This document shows, piece after piece, positions 26,222 to 37,681 of a stretch of 64,000 bases of DNA (positions are counted from its first letter, which is position 1; every line of letters begins with the position of its first letter). The stretch is from Styela clava (lineage: Eukaryota). The notes under the pieces were generated by a model. That model had not been told where the DNA came from. It ran no database searches and saw only the letters and a list, made by a program, of their open reading frames with translations. The stretch is from NCBI RefSeq assembly GCF_964204865.1, contig NC_135256.1, forward strand, positions 6,324,001 to 6,388,000, written 5' to 3'. The translations under genes and the position numbers were made by a program.

Positions 26222-29200
26222 ATGAAGAAAATACAAGACCAAACCTGTCCTATTTGTCTTGAAAACAAAGAAGATTTGAGAATGTTACCATGCTGGCATG
26301 TTGCTTGTATGAATTGTATACTCAGCATGGCACAACGTGGTGAAGGAAGGTGAGTGATGCCAGAAACATAATGAGATAGAGAACAGAATTTTGATCTTTT
26401 TCCTTGAGAGAGGAAAGCCGATAGGACGGCTTAATAATGCGACGTATACGCCATTTCGGGCATGGGAATTTAGCCAGTAATTTGTTTCAGATGCTTGGCC
26501 TCGATGGTGGAGAAAGTCGTAACTGACTTGCGAATATATGAACCACCCTACGACGGTGAGGATTCCTCTCGAACATAATTATTTCCCACGGGATTCGAAC
26601 CTTGTTGTTGTTGTTATATGTTTTAGGGCGCTTATAACTTCAGTGGTCTTTTGCGCTTTTGATTATTTTGAATTTAAAAATCATATACTAACATATAATA
26701 CAATATTATACAATATTATACAATTGAATCAATTACAATAGGTAATTTTTTCTAAATATTTCGAACCTGCGAACCCACGCAGGGTGTTGTGCAGGGACGT
26801 GCGATGAAAAACGTATTATTAGAACACCTGTGGTTTGTAAGTACAGAAGTAGGATAGATTTATAGATTCGGGATTACCCATCGTTCAGGCATGTTTATAA
26901 ACATTGACTTAACATTGTTTTTTAACATTAGTGAACTAAAACAAAAGCAAACATTTTCAACCTGAAATCAGTAGCCTACATAGAACGACAGTATGCCAGA
27001 CAATGGAAAAAATAATTTGTTGACGGGTTTCAGCGTTTTACTGCAAATAATTGTTTGCTATTTGTTTGTGTTTTGAAATAGTTTGACGTATAGCCCCAAA
27101 ACTTAAATTAAATTCAGGTCTCATTATTGTTCACATTTCATTTGCTTCACAGAGCTGTGAAATGTCATATCTGCAGACAAATATGTTTATTTGAAAATAT
27201 TCGTTACCTTCCCAAACCTTTAAGATGTGGATGTTGCAATCAATTCCTGAAATGTTCAAAAATAATGCCATGTTGTTCAAAACTGTACTGCGTCGATTGC
27301 ATCACGAGGAAATCAACAGAAAACGAGTAAGTGTTTTTTTTTTATAGTCTGTGTCATATTTTTTACAGTTGCTGATATTTGAAGATTCGCAGATAAATTT
27401 TTTTTTATCACATAGGGTGATCCCAGAAAAATCGAAACCCGTAAATTTCTTTATTACTTCTACAAAAATGGGAAAAATCATTCACTTTTATTTGTGTATG
27501 ATTGTACCCAAAAGTTTTAGAAATCTAGGACATTTTGTGTAGATAATTGGACGCTCCAGAAGTATGTGTACCAATATGGAGGTAACTAATTTTGTTCGCC
27601 TACTTTACATCGAGTTGTGTAAAGGGACTGAAACCTATGAGCAGGGGGATATTCACTTGGCTAACACAGACAGTCCCTGAACTCGTAATAGAAATAAAGT
27701 AAGAAAACTCGGAATAAAATTATGACCTAACCCACATATACATACTATATGGGAGTACCGATAATTGACTAGCGTACGTCCATGTTTCCAATCTTCATTC
27801 CTTCCTAACCGATATTATTCATGTTTGTATCAATTTCAATTATGATTTTATTTGGCGCAGCGCTCAGTTGACTTGCCCAGGTCGTTGTCCACGCGATTTC
27901 AACAGCGTCGATGAATTGCCACAATCGAAGTTATGTAGTTCGTGTCTCCACTTTCATTCCGACGATACGACATTGGGTGATTACTCAATTTGTGCCAGAT
28001 GTGACCAGAAAGTACGGGAAGACATAAGGTAATAAGAGAGAAATGCTTACACCAATGGTAGCCAACATTTTTCGTTGAATTTTCCCATTCGCCTATTTTG
28101 GAACTAGTTATTTCTCTCTCACTATGCAGAAAAACTACTTTATTTGTTCAGTCTTTATTTGGTTCTCAGCTAGTGTGAAGTACAAGTCGCGCTACCGCTT
28201 GTGTACAGTTCAAGTAGTTTATAACGTTTGCATTACGTGTTTCAAAAACAATAAAGAACTATAAATACTACTAGGAAAAATTCCCCCCTACAAAAAAACT
28301 CCTTCCTGGGGAAGAATTTCTTTCGGCTGGCAAACACGGGCTTAGCTTAGGTGCAATAGTAAGCAGGTGAATTGTCGTGCGTTCAAATTACGGGTGCAAA
28401 TGTAATGGAACTGTTACAAAGATATATGCTTATGTTTATTTGAAAATATTCGTTACCTTCCCAAACCTTTAAGATGTGCATGTTGCAATCAATTCCTGAA
28501 ATTTTCAAAATTTATGCCATGTTGTTCAAAATCATACTGCCTCAATTGCCTCACGAAGAAGCCAACAGGAAAAGAGTAAGTAATTTATTTTTATTCTTTA
28601 CATTTGCTGATATTTAAACATTCGTTGATAAAATTATTTTATTTTGATCACACAGGGTGACCCCCCAAAAAATCGAAACCCGTAAATTTCTATATTACCT
28701 TTAAGAAAATGGAGTAAATCATTCAATTTTTAACACATGAACTTCGATTTGTGTATGATTGTATTCAAAAGTTCCAGAAATCTAGGACATTTTGTATATA
28801 GATAATTGGCTAATGTAGTACGTTCACGTTTTACATCTCCATACCTTCCTAACCGATAATAATGTTTGTATTAATTGTGATTTTATTTTGCCTAGTGCTC
28901 GGTGGTGTCCAGGTCGTTGTCCACACGATTTGAACAGCATTGATGAATTGCCACAATCGAAATTATGTAGTTTGTGTTTCTGTTTACATTCCGACGATGC
29001 TTTATTGTGTGGTCACACAGTTTGTGCTGAATGTGACCAGAAACTACAGAAAGAAAAAAGGTAACCCCCAAAAAGTGGAAAAAACCGGAACTACTCTCCG
29101 TGAAAACTTAGAAATATTAAGACTGGGTGGTCTTGGATTCAAAATGTCCATTTCAGAATGCATTATAATAACTTTTGTCAAAAAGATATTCAAATGAAAT

Positions 29201-30406
29201 AATGCCAGTTATAATCACAAAGCATTGTGTTTCATTTTCTATATTATTGCTTATTAAATATTATATCAGTAATTCCAATTCTACTACTTTAAAACATTTT
29301 GTCTGATGATTATTATTGGTTCCAGGGGGTGTCCCTTGTGTTCGGCAGTAAAAAGTCCAGCGCCGATACCGACGGATCCAATTCAGCCAGTCCAAGGCCA
29401 AATTGAAATAACCATGGAAGGATTGGAAAATTCAAATTATCGACCACTTCAACAAAATCGTATGGGATTTTTCGTTCCTCCGCACACACTTAGCCTAATT
29501 CAACAATTGAACCGATCTCATGATCATTCCATGGTAAGTTGAAACCCTATGTCAGTGGTTTTCAACCGGGATTCGGCTGCACCACATCAGGGTATCGCCA
29601 TTACGTGGATTCCGCAAGTTTTCATCAAATTCAATATTCTATATTAAATAATTGATTTGATTATATAATCAAATACCCATCGAGTGTGCCCCTATTATTT
29701 AACTTGATAAACTTCACAGAACATCTTGTTTCACCAGTTTCAGGTTTGCTTTCATATGTGGTTTATGCGATTCAGATAATAAAAAAAAACGATTAAACTA
29801 TTGCAAAGGGGTTCCCAGAGCATCTAGAGTCTAGAATGTTTCAATGGGGTTCTACGTCATCGAAAAGGTCCGAAACTACTGCACTATATATATACACTCA
29901 AAACTACTGCTGAAATAAATTTACTTTCAAAACAATTTTTTATGTTTTTTCAGATACAGGATCGGGACGAATTGTTAAAAGCATTCTGCATTTACACATG
30001 CGCCTTTGTAGCTGTGTATTTCTATGGAATGAGTCTCATGTTTTGGATTATCCTGGGAGCATCAATGCTAGTCACGAGACCTCATCTTCTAACTGCTGCA
30101 CCCATTTGCAACCTCCTTGAAATAGGAATCATGATATTTACTTTCTACAGCAATTTCTATCAATTTATCATTTTTACCATAATTAAAATATTGTTAGTTG
30201 GACTTCTAGAAATAATGTACCGAATCGCGTTTAATGAAATGGCCTTCTATCAAAAACTTCTTCATTCGTGGGTTGGTGCTGTAATAAGGCTTGTCATAGC
30301 TTTGTCCTTTTTTGATGAGTTGTTCGTTCACTCTGTGCTGTCTACATGGCTTGCTTGGATTTTGCAAGATAAAATTGAGTACAATTTACAAAGCATACAA
30401 ATCTAA
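26222..30406 (+). CDS. Triple-RING / multi-TM gene copy C (apparently intact, with internal exon duplication)
   Basis: Exons 26222-26349 (MKKIQDQTCPICLENKEDLRMLPCWHVACMNC), 27153-27326 (AVKCHIC...CGCC...PCCSKLYCVDC), 27861-28028 and/or 28896-29060 (CPGRC...CSLC...CGHTVCAEC in the latter), 29326-29533 (GCPLC), 29954-30406 (hydrophobic domain). All junctions are AG/GT and phase-compatible. About 375-431 aa depending on exon use. Confidence 0.8.
26365..26785 (-). mobile_element. tRNA-derived SINE (interrupted) in RING copy C intron 1
   Basis: B-box GGTTCGAATCCC followed by gagagga..cctcaccgtcgtagggtggttca. Related fragments at 14035-14157 (+), 49135-49320 (+) and a probable A-box head at 31446-31500 (+). 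Confidence 0.7.
27550..27759 (+). mobile_element. Merlin-like MITE subfamily 2
   Basis: 8-bp TSD GATAATTG; empty site in the duplicated intron at about 28801. Confidence 0.88.
28431..28575 (+). pseudogene. 5'-truncated duplicate of RING exon 2 (pseudo-exon)
   Basis: Near copy of 27182-27326 with GTAAGT donor intact, but it has no phase-2 acceptor and there is an in-frame TAA at 28403. Confidence 0.7.
29553..29881. mobile_element. hAT-type MITE in RING copy C last intron
   Basis: cagtggttttcaacc ... ggtccgaaactactg. Confidence 0.7.
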
Positions 30407-30702
30407 TGAATATCTTTGATTTTAAAATAAATATGATGCTTTCATTAAAAGAATAAGTTTTCCTACACCCCCAATTTTGGGGTCGGACTTGACACTTTAA
30501 TTTCTAACCTCAGTTGCTAATATAATTGAATTTGATTCAAGAGTCTTGCTGCACATTAACACAATTGTATTCCGTCACGTTACAAGAGCATACGTCTCAC
30601 CGTGTTGGATTGCAAGCCTATCAATGTTGGATGATCGATAGAATTCTTGTTTTTGAAGTGTACGTGGTTTCTTGGTGATTGTTTGTTCATCGTCATTGCA
30701 AT

Positions 30703-30772
30703 TACAAACGCAGTGATAATGAGACAAAAACAAGACCAAACCTGTTCTATTTGTCACCTATGTGAAGGAGGG
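30703..30772 (+). pseudogene. Relic of first coding exon of another RING-TM copy
   Basis: tacaaacgcagtgataATGagacaaaaacaagaccaaacctgttctatttgtc matches 26206-26258 (MRQKQDQTCSIC versus MKKIQDQTCPIC), then jumps to an exon-end-like gtgaaggagg. Confidence 0.65.
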
Positions 30773-31525
30773 TTTATTATGTCAATAAAAAAGTCTTTCA
30801 ATAGTTTGTCATTATTATGACGTGGGGGCGTAGCGGGAGAGTGATGTTGAGGGTCGGATCCCCCCCCCCCCCCCTTTGGAATGTAAAAAAAAAAAAAATT
30901 ATCATACACGATTTGGCATTTATACCAGTGCAGATGGTCAGGCGAATACATAACACCTTTTTATAAGTTACGATTAACCCGATAATAGCAAAATATCTCT
31001 CACTATCTAAAATGAAAAGTAAACTGTATGATAAATTTCAATAAATTTATAGCTTGATCTTGAAACTGAAAATATTAAATTCTATAAGAACTCGTTTTGG
31101 AAATGATGTGTATGTTCTGTGTCAGGGCGCAATAAATTTTCATTCAGTTTGGCAGCAAAGTAATTTCCACTTTTTACGTTGAATTTATCTATTGAATGAG
31201 CAGAATTCTCATAATGTTAGGAACGGTTTGGCTTGAACCAAGGGTTTTTGTTCAAGGAGTCCACTGTGTGTGAGTTATTAGAATGTTTAGTAAGATGACC
31301 GCTGCTATGCGAGCCTGTTAATTTCAACAAAATAAAATGTTTGATGACTATAATATATCTTTCAACGGTAATGTTTATAAATAGGAGTTGCTAAAGCTCA
31401 TTTTTGTCAAACAATAAACTGTCGCGAGAATAATATCATATATAGCTCGGCGGTGTGGCGCATCGTGCTAAGAGTTAGGAATACACTCTGTTTTCACAGA
31501 CATACACACACCCTGTACATAAATC

Positions 31526-31762
31526 GGGGCTCCCGAAGTATGCGAACCAAGATGGCGGACATCGGAATGTAATATGTGTACTAGGTTAGGGTTAGGCCAT
31601 AATTTTAGGCATAAATACTACGGGAGGCTCTTGGCTAGTCTTCAAACTGATAATAGGACTAAAATTAGGAAAATTGGAAAAAAAATTATGGCCTAACCCT
31701 AACCTGTTACCCAAGTTACGTTCCGATGTCCGCCATCTTGGTTCGCATACTTCGGGAGCACC
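31526..31762. mobile_element. Merlin-like MITE (long TIRs, internal TTAGGG), young copy
   Basis: About 75-bp imperfect TIRs starting GG and a perfect 8-bp TSD CATAAATC. The empty site is preserved in the paralog at 24218-24251. Confidence 0.9.
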
Positions 31763-31769
31763 CATAAAT

Positions 31770-32015
31770 CTTCTACATAAGCGAAACTTTGGTATCAAAG
31801 GCCTTCCGGCGTCACATAAAAACAGGATTTCGACTAATTTTTGACGCGACCCATCACATTATATAATTTACAAATATATTGCAATAGATTAAGCGTTTGA
31901 ATAAACTCCACATTTTATTACCGGAGGCGTAAAAAGTAAAATACTTTTAAAATGTCAGATTGAACGATTGAATTGCAGATACGACCCATAACAAAAGCAC
32001 AACGAGAAGTTTCCA
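31770..32015 (-). promoter_or_regulatory. Orphan copy of the RING-TM upstream/promoter region
   Basis: Aligns with 19330-19620 and 24233-24470 (gcgaaactttggtatca, aaaacaggatttcgactaattt, ccacattttatt.ccg.aggcgtaaaaagta, acgacccataacaa). Confidence 0.7.
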
Positions 32016-32394
32016 TTTTAGTATGGATGTTATGGAAGCTGGATTAACAATTAAACAAAATAGGCTCGTGCGTAGTGCACCAGGGACATCACAGAAATTT
32101 CAAAACCAAATTTGTAATGGTGCCCAGGGGCGCAGCCAGCGGGGGAGTACTCCCCAGTCGTACAACGTAAGGCAAATATTAACCTTCCTTGCTCTTACTC
32201 CACCGTTCGCTCTGAGGGCCATTTTACATGGGTTATTTTTAAAATATTTTTTTTGTCAACCGTTAAGCCCTAAAGCTTCACTCATGGCTTCTTAATAGCG
32301 TGTGCTAGAGTTCTATTCAGCAATATATGTTTAAAACACACTCCTTTAATAATATATTTTTTTATATATATTATTTTTTATGTAAGTATTTATA

Positions 32395-32800
32395 AATCTT
32401 TATGAATGTTGGTATCCACTATACAGTATTCAGTGATTGTCACTGTTCTTTTTTCCATTTCGTAAATCACGATAATAACCTTTTTATATTGTTAAAATTC
32501 ATCGTGTAACTAGTGAACTGCAATGTGGGATTTACATTAATATTCTATCTCCTTTTCAAATATGTTTTAATCCTTATGAATGTTGGCAGCCACTATACAG
32601 TATTCAGTGATTGTCACTGTTCATTCTTTTTTCCATCTCGTAAATTTATTTAAACACTTATCTACTCTAACAAGTGAGCTGTATATTTAATTGTGGATCA
32701 TACATTAATATTCCAATCATTATTCAAGTATGTATAAATACTTATGAATGTTGGTAGCAATTATACAATATTCAGTGATTGTTACTATTTTTCCCCTGCT
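32395..32800. repeat. Degenerate tandem repeat, three units of ~170 bp
   Basis: cttatgaatgttgg.a.c.a.tataca.tattcagtgattgt.act at about 32399, 32573 and 32742. Confidence 0.8.
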
Positions 32801-33170
32801 TTTTCATGTGAACTAATTAATGTGTCAAATGATACTTTTTACGTCATGCATTCCATTACTGAATCTGTGATGATATTATTTCCTTGTCCTATTTTTCCAT
32901 TTTTGATCCCGGTCTGTGTCCAATAAAAATACATTTTTTTTTTTTAAATCTTTGATTGTTTTAATTCTTCCATTGGACATGACCGGCTTCAACCAATACA
33001 TGACCTCTCAAAATCCTAAATTGCCCCTTGATAACTTTCATAATAATAACTTTAAATTGCCGACTTATTTCTTCATCTTATTTATATTTTATTTAATCTC
33101 ATTTGCATTCACCCATGGTAGGCCTACTATATTATGCCATGATAAGCTTTTATACATCATAGCCATAATT

Positions 33171-34180
33171 TAGGGATGGGACGAGTCCGGAATCACAGAG
33201 ATTCGACGAATCCGAGTAATAGGTCAAGGACTCGAATCGAATCCTCCGAGTCCATGACGTCACAATGTAAAAGTAGAAAAACACGTTTTTGACCATACTA
33301 CAGCATCGCGCGCTCACAAACATACGTCGTAGCTCATATTGTTTGCCTAATGGTTCCGCAGATAGCTGTTGAATCAATTTAAAAATATCTTTTCTTTTTT
33401 TTTGGCTGCCATAATACAAACGTAAACGTGGGTCAATGTGCGCCTTGGCTGTGAACTGGATTTCCAGCCCACCACCTTGCGTCAATTCTGGGCGGCTATT
33501 TAGAAATTCTTACATGTCAAATAGAAAAATAAAAAGCTTTTGATTACAATGCTTTCTCATAATTCCAGATATTTCTAACCCTAAATTTACTATGTCACGT
33601 GTGCAAATGGTAGATAAATGCCACTCGTCGTCAATACAATGCTTGCAATTTAGTTGTTCATGTAAACGTTCTGGAACGCTCCATGCTTTCCCTTACTCCC
33701 TTTTTTTAGCGAAAGAATTGCACATAATAAACTCGATTTTAAAGAGGTGTTGATGAGATTCCCCCTTGAGTTGATCCTGCGCATGTTTCATATATATTTA
33801 TTTACGTGAATAGAAAACTCAAAAATATTGCGCTAACACATATTTTATTGTGTACCACATGTTTAACAAAAAGGATAGATAGTCTGAAGCTGACTGGCGC
33901 ATCATTGTTATAAGCTATCAATGGTTTTTACCTTGCGTTATATTATCTGGATATCTGTCGTCGTTTTTATTAGGAGTGTTTATAATACACACGAGTGATA
34001 TTGTTGAATATCTAACCTTGAATTTCAACTATTTTAGGTAGGTAGTGAAATTTATAGGGGTAAAAGTACAAACGTAGGCGTAAAATAGTAAAAACAAAAT
34101 TGATTATAGACTCGGTAAAAACGACGTGGACTCGAAATCGAATCCGAGTCCAAAAAATGCCCGGATTCGACTCGAATCAC
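33171..34180. mobile_element. hAT (Ac-like TAGGGATG terminus) non-autonomous element
   Basis: TAGGGATGGG start, subterminal GAATCCGAGT/GACTCGAA repeats at both ends, approximate TSD CCATAATT/CCATAATC; right TIR eroded. Confidence 0.65.
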
Positions 34181-36119
34181 CATAATCGGTCCTGCACACC
34201 GACCCGCACAAAACAATATTCAATCACTGTTATTACTGCTGAATTATTTTCTTTATTGGACACGAAATGGACATAACGATCGTTTCAAAATTTTGTTGTT
34301 ATTGTTATTGTTATTTGTCTCCGTCTCCATTTTTAAAAAATCGCTTTTCTCTTCGAATACTGGACCAATTGCTTTGAAATTTTCAGTGGTTAAAGATAAA
34401 ATAACTTTTTTTTCGCTATGACGTCATCAAAATTATTGCCATTGGGTGGCGCTACGTGCCCATATATTTGAGCATAGCTCTCTTGTTGTACTATGTTTAT
34501 ATTAGTGTTGATTTTGTTTTCGTGGCAATAAATCTCTCTCTCTCTTATACGACAAAATTTCCAAAATTTCTATTGAAAAACCTTGAACTTGCAAGATTTA
34601 GTGTCTAGTAGAGGGTTAATAATTATTCCTAATTAATTAATTCTTATTTCAACGTTTTCTTGTGGTATTTTCCAACAGAACAACACCAAAACCACTATTA
34701 TATCAGGAATGGTTACTCTGAAGATCACGATTGTATTTACTAAAGTTTCAAGATCAACGCTTCAATTGACAATTTTGATGACGTCATACCTCTAAATATT
34801 ACTGCACACGCCCCATTCAATCCCCAAAATTTTACTTTATTCGACGGGAATGCGCGTAAAAAGACTTAAACATCCTAATGTGCGCCGTTACGCGTGAAAA
34901 TTACCATTAATTTAACGTTTTTTTCACGTTTAAAAATTCTCTATACCTACACCAAGTATGGTGCAGTAGAAATCATATTTTTCAAAACATCACAGGGCCA
35001 GGGATGGAATGTATGACTGAAAATACATAATAAACCAATAGTAACCCATTATAAAGGAGGTATTGTAGTTCATTTCCTGTCTGAGCCACATCAGTAATTT
35101 TACATGTCTGACTGGCGATTTTGAAATCGATGTTATTTATGGAACTGGCATTTTAGGCGAGGTCGGAGTGCCTTTTTCGTGAAATATATTACTCTATTAT
35201 GGAACATTAACTGTAAAAGACCAGTAATACCTTTTAGAGATGGACTGTGCATGAATCATACATTGTACGACTGTGTATATGTCATCCGGCATAGTAGGAT
35301 TTTAAACGGCAATCGTATGAAACCACAACAATTTTGCCAAGCAATACGCCACTTTGTGTTGAGCGAGGAAGATTAAAAACGTTGGTTGACATCTACACCC
35401 AACATTTCAGAAGCATGTATATAGTATACATAGTATTTTTTTTTACAGAAAATCAGACAAATAATTTTATTTCATATTGGTCAAAGTGTGTAGTATACTC
35501 TGCTACTATCTACACTACATGTTGTGATAGAGTTATGTATTGAAGTTTGGGCTGCGTGTATGTAGTATATTAACATAAATTATATAGTTTTCAAAATTTA
35601 TGGCACATTTTTTTGACAAATTCAAAAAAGATCTTGATAGCAATAAACAACAAATTAAAAAAAAATTGCCGGCTGACGTCTACTCTATACATGCAGACAT
35701 GCAACAAAAATAGGCCAGCCATTAAAAAAAAAATTGTTTAGTGATTTTATGACTTGTCCAGTTTCATTTTCTTCCGTTGTCAATCCTTATTCGTCAAGCC
35801 TGTTTCTATTAATTAGAGGTTCTAAGGCAGGGTTTCCCAAACTGCCTTGTTTTCGTGGGTTTGTGTGTTATTTGTCAGTTTTCAGTTGTGTTTCTACACA
35901 TTAGTCAGTTCAGCAGTTAGTTGTGAATGAAGGATTAGGTATTTGATTTGTTATTACTGTATTATGTCTTCCGATGAGCTTTAGTTTAGTTGCAATTATA
36001 AAAAATTAGTTTTGGAAAAGCTGCGATAGACTAGACTAAAATGAGCTATAAGTACAATTGCCCCTTTCCAAACTACTCTCAGAATGAGCATCCAAAATTT
36101 TGCAATAGTAAAGGATAGG

Positions 36120-36157
36120 GAAAATTTTCCTGGGGTCTAGGGTCGTGAAAAATCCAA
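36120..36157 (+). promoter_or_regulatory. Degenerate DR1-like motif upstream of the zinc-finger gene
   Basis: gaaaattttcctgGGGTCTAGGGTCGtgaaaaatccaa, with the same flank pattern as the other two copies. Confidence 0.4.
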
Positions 36158-36418
36158 ATTACTTATGTCTATTGGCTATTTCTGTTTTGATTATACTGTC
36201 GGGTAGGAGGCCCTAAATCACAGATTATCCCAGTGCCCAGTCAATCACTGGCCAAGTCAGACTGTCAATTAATTGAGTAGATTTTTGATACCAGTAGGCT
36301 AAATGATGACTGGAGTCTTCACAACTACCAGCTAGCTGAAATTTTTCACCTTCTATACTGTTCAAATTAACATCATCTTTTTGTGTTGCTGTTTAAGAGG
36401 GATAAAGTAATCTCAAAT

Positions 36419-37267
36419 ATGGCATATTTGATTCCTGATGATCCTAATGAAGATCCATATGATTTTACTGCCAATTATTGGATGACAAAAACCGGACCGT
36501 TCGGTGTATCAGGTTTTTGCATGGATGGTATGGAAATGGGAAATTATTGTTACTTATGTGAGACACATAGTTCAAGTTATTCACAAGTGAATGCACATTT
36601 CGAAGGGCGAAAGCATGCACAGAAAGTAAAGGCATGCTGCCAAACAAAAACTAAATTTATTGTAGAACCTTCAACAGGTGGAGATTTGAATGATCCTGAC
36701 AATCTGTTTTTGCCTGATCGCTGTAAAGTATGTGATGCAGAACTTAGCACTCCCGAACAACAAGAAGGACATTATATGAGTGAAAAACATCAGAAGAAAG
36801 TGCGGAACTACTTCTTAGTAAAAATCGGTATTCGTGAAAAGAACGTCAAATTAGATCCTGAAGAAAATGAAGAAGAATTAAAGAAAAAAAGCAAATTAGA
36901 GTATTGCGCGATTTGCAAAGTTGAGCTCAGTGCTCCAGTTGTTGCCCAATCTCATTATGCTGGGAAGAAACATGCGAAAAAACTTCGAGAAAAGTTTGAA
37001 TCTGATGCTGATGGTACACAATGGCAAAGATGTGATGTTTGCGATGTTCGCCTTAACTCTGAAGCACAGCTAACACAGCACTTGCAAAGTTCTAAGCATT
37101 TGGCAAAAATAGATAAAATGGGAACGGAATGGAAGGAGGAAACAAGAAAAAATGTAACCAAAAGGAAAGAAGAAATTGAGGTTCTTCTCAAAGAAGAAGA
37201 AGCAAAGAGAGAATGTCTTGCTCAAGAATTGGATGAAATGAAAAAGCTTGAAGAGTTACACAGCTAA
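36419..37267 (+). CDS. Intronless matrin/U1-type (JAZ/ZNF346/ZNF385/ZMAT-like) zinc-finger protein, 282 aa
   Basis: Four widely spaced C-x2-C-x12-H-x5-H fingers (CYLC..HFEGRKH, CKVC..HYMSEKH, CAIC..HYAGKKH, CDVC..HLQSSKH) and a C-terminal coiled coil. First ATG is at 36419, after an AG acceptor at about 36397. Confidence 0.9.
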   Translation: MAYLIPDDPNEDPYDFTANYWMTKTGPFGVSGFCMDGMEMGNYCYLCETHSSSYSQVNAHFEGRKHAQKVKACCQTKTKFIVEPSTGGDLNDPDNLFLPDRCKVCDAELSTPEQQEGHYMSEKHQKKVRNYFLVKIGIREKNVKLDPEENEEELKKKSKLEYCAICKVELSAPVVAQSHYAGKKHAKKLREKFESDADGTQWQRCDVCDVRLNSEAQLTQHLQSSKHLAKIDKMGTEWKEETRKNVTKRKEEIEVLLKEEEAKRECLAQELDEMKKLEELHS

Positions 37268-37681
37268 ATGCATTGCCATTGCATTGAACTGAGATATATG
37301 AACGATGAATACAAGCGCTGTATTCAAACTATTCACTTTCAAGAATTTTCCAGTTTATTATTGTTTGAATTGGTATGGGAAAGAAGATACTGAAAGGGCA
37401 TGAATCTACAGCTGAACAGTAACGTTTTGTTGTTGATCGAAAATAATAATATTAAATGAATCTTAATTTGACAATCTCTGAGAAACTGCCTTATTTCTAT
37501 TTACACATTTTGGCATATGTTCTTTCATTGATGGTCGACTTATTTCTCAAATGGTTTGAGTGTAATGTTTAACCAGTTCAATTTGAATCCATATTGTGAG
37601 AAACCATTATTCTGCCATCAGAATTGTTTTACTTTTTCGGTAGAGTTTACTGAATAGTAATGATAAATTTGAATATCGAAC

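Noticed and set aside
31592-31798. ORFs with GAPEVCEPRWRTSE (also 44057-44329)
   Set aside because: They are translations of MITE terminal inverted repeats.
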